Below, one piece after another: positions 62,801 through 64,000 of a stretch of 64,000 nucleotides of DNA. A program made the translations under genes and the position numbers. Numbering within the stretch: the first letter of the stretch is position 1; each line of letters opens with the position of its first letter. The DNA lies in the NCBI GenBank assembly GCA_963728605.1, contig CAVSKS010000009.1, forward strand, positions 77,447 through 141,446, given 5' to 3'. The notes under the pieces are model-generated. The model did no database searches, was not told the origin of the DNA, and was given only the letters and a program-made list of their open reading frames with translations. Source of the stretch: an uncultured Chloroflexia bacterium (lineage in GTDB: Bacteria; Chloroflexota; Limnocylindria; Limnocylindrales; CSP1-4).

Positions 62801-64000
62801 TCACGCGCCGGCAGCGCCCGTAGAGGGCCCGCCTGCCGGCCGGACATCCAGCACCTTCCGAGCGTCCGTCGCATCGACGGGCGCTCGCTGCTGTTCCCTG
62901 AACGCCAGCACGACGATGAGCCCCCAGATGAGCGCGCCGCCGTACACCCTGGGGTAGTGGAGCAGGGCCGACCAGCCGGCCGCCTCCGGGACGCTGAACC
63001 GCCACGGACCGCCGAGCAGGAGCAGCGCCACGATCAGTGCACCCCACCATCGGCCACCGACCCTCGCCCTGACCATTGCGGCCGCCAGAACGACGATCGA
63101 GAACAGCGTCAGCGTGTAGTGGTACTGCTCCGCGATCGGGGCCAGCAGCGTCGCCGCCGGGAGAACCACGGCGAACGGGAGCAGGCGATCGGTCAGCGTC
63201 GTGCCGGGGGCCAGGCGCCGAACGACCACCAGGCTGCCACCAGCCAGGACGGCGGCGGCAACCAGCCAGGCCGGGGTGACCAGCCAGGGAATGTCCGCCA
63301 CAGGCTGCGGGTTCCAGGACGGATCGAATCGGAACAGGTGGCTGAGCAGGCCGTTGATCGTCTGGAACGCCGTCACGGCCGCTTCCGGACGTGTCCGCCA
63401 ACCCGTGGCACTGGCCGCGAAGTCTCGCCACGGAACAGGGCCCCAGGCGAGGAGGAGGCCCAGCGCCGCCATGGCGAAGAGCGCGGCGGCGACGGCGGCG
63501 ACCCGAAGCCGTCCGGCAACCAGCGATACCGCCCACAGCGCCGCCCCGTAGGGCAGCTTCAGAATCACCGCCCCGCCGAGCGCGAGGCCACTCCCGACGG
63601 CGGCGAACATCCCCACACCCGGCCGCCGCAGAGCACCGGACCGGGCGGCCGGCAGGGCCGTGGCGATTACCAGCGCCAGCAGCAGCAGGTAGGCCTGGCC
63701 CCTGGCGATCTCCTCCCGGAATGGCCGGAACGCCGCAACGAGCCCGGTCGCGGCCAGGGCCACGGCCGGTGCGGCACCCAGCGCCCGAAGCAGCCACGTC
63801 CAGGCGAGCCCGAACGCAATCAGCGACACCGCCAGCCACAGCCAGCGGGCGGCCACCTCCGGCAGCAGCCCGAACGGCACGAACGGCAGGATCGAGGTCG
63901 GAGCGTTGGGGTTGAAGATGTCCGGCACGGTCCCATACTCGCGCGCCGCCGCACCGAATTCGGCGGCGTCGGCGTACAGGACGTCGATCCGGCCGTCGAG
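62801..64000 (-). CDS. Polytopic membrane protein, GT-C/DUF2029-like glycosyltransferase (partial; N-terminus beyond window end)
   Basis: The track ORF 62801..63928 starts at the first in-frame GTG, but the frame stays open to 64000 (...LDGRIDVLYADAAEFGAAAREYGTVPDIF...). At least 9 hydrophobic helices. The family assignment is tentative. Confidence 0.6.
   Translation of the reverse strand, partial: LDGRIDVLYADAAEFGAAAREYGTVPDIFNPNAPTSILPFVPFGLLPEVAARWLWLAVSLIAFGLAWTWLLRALGAAPAVALAATGLVAAFRPFREEIARGQAYLLLLALVIATALPAARSGALRRPGVGMFAAVGSGLALGGAVILKLPYGAALWAVSLVAGRLRVAAVAAALFAMAALGLLLAWGPVPWRDFAASATGWRTRPEAAVTAFQTINGLLSHLFRFDPSWNPQPVADIPWLVTPAWLVAAAVLAGGSLVVVRRLAPGTTLTDRLLPFAVVLPAATLLAPIAEQYHYTLTLFSIVVLAAAMVRARVGGRWWGALIVALLLLGGPWRFSVPEAAGWSALLHYPRVYGGALIWGLIVVLAFREQQRAPVDATDARKVLDVRPAGGPSTGAAGA

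Overview
High-GC (about 70%) bacterial chromosomal window. Gene content suggests an Actinomycetota- or Chloroflexota-like organism, but that is inference only. I support about 50 protein-coding genes or gene remnants and 2 tRNAs (Glu-CTC, Arg-TCT). I found no rRNA, CRISPR array, transposase or integrase.

Layout:
- (1) 1-9933: a 7-gene minus-strand operon joining an ABC-2 exporter and two large unknown membrane proteins to a MoxR / DUF58 / VWA (Bat-like) triad. One of the unknown proteins carries a ~89-aa Gln/Gly microsatellite tract.
- (2) 10.1-15.5 kb: DUF1015, an alpha/beta-hydrolase-fold protein with Ala in place of the nucleophile Ser, tRNA-Glu, an ECF sigma pair, and a PAP2/haloperoxidase-like protein.
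- (3) Four paralogous modules of an ECF sigma plus a single-pass membrane partner (12.7, 19.9, 28.8 and 61.4 kb). All four pairs share an ATGA start/stop overlap, and several sit next to PD40/TolB-like or other beta-propeller proteins.
- (4) Three large P-loop signal-transduction proteins within 16 kb: cyclase-AAA-TPR; SARP/BTAD-NTPase-TM-BMP (needs 5 frame corrections); and a LuxR-type LAL regulator.
- (5) HAD hydrolase, a DUF1611 + dipeptide-epimerase pair, and a PspA / TPM-domain envelope-stress module.
- (6) 43.4-56.6 kb, an accessory-looking block: two paralogous giant cadherin-like/beta-helix adhesins (the first holds four perfect 303-bp tandem repeats), three tandem phage-tail-collar-domain genes, a GNAT, and a small ...RYEAVFN family gene. 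From ~48.95 to 56.56 kb nearly every gene needs multiple frame corrections, while the flanks are intact.
- (7) An orphan DNA methyltransferase next to tRNA-Arg, an MFS exporter, a 72-73-bp tandem repeat array, a small HTH protein, and a partial GT-C-like membrane protein.

Limits: all family names come from motif recognition by eye; no HMM or BLAST search was run. The ORF track often over-extends N-termini because stop codons are rare at this GC. I chose starts from RBS-like purine runs and start/stop overlaps.
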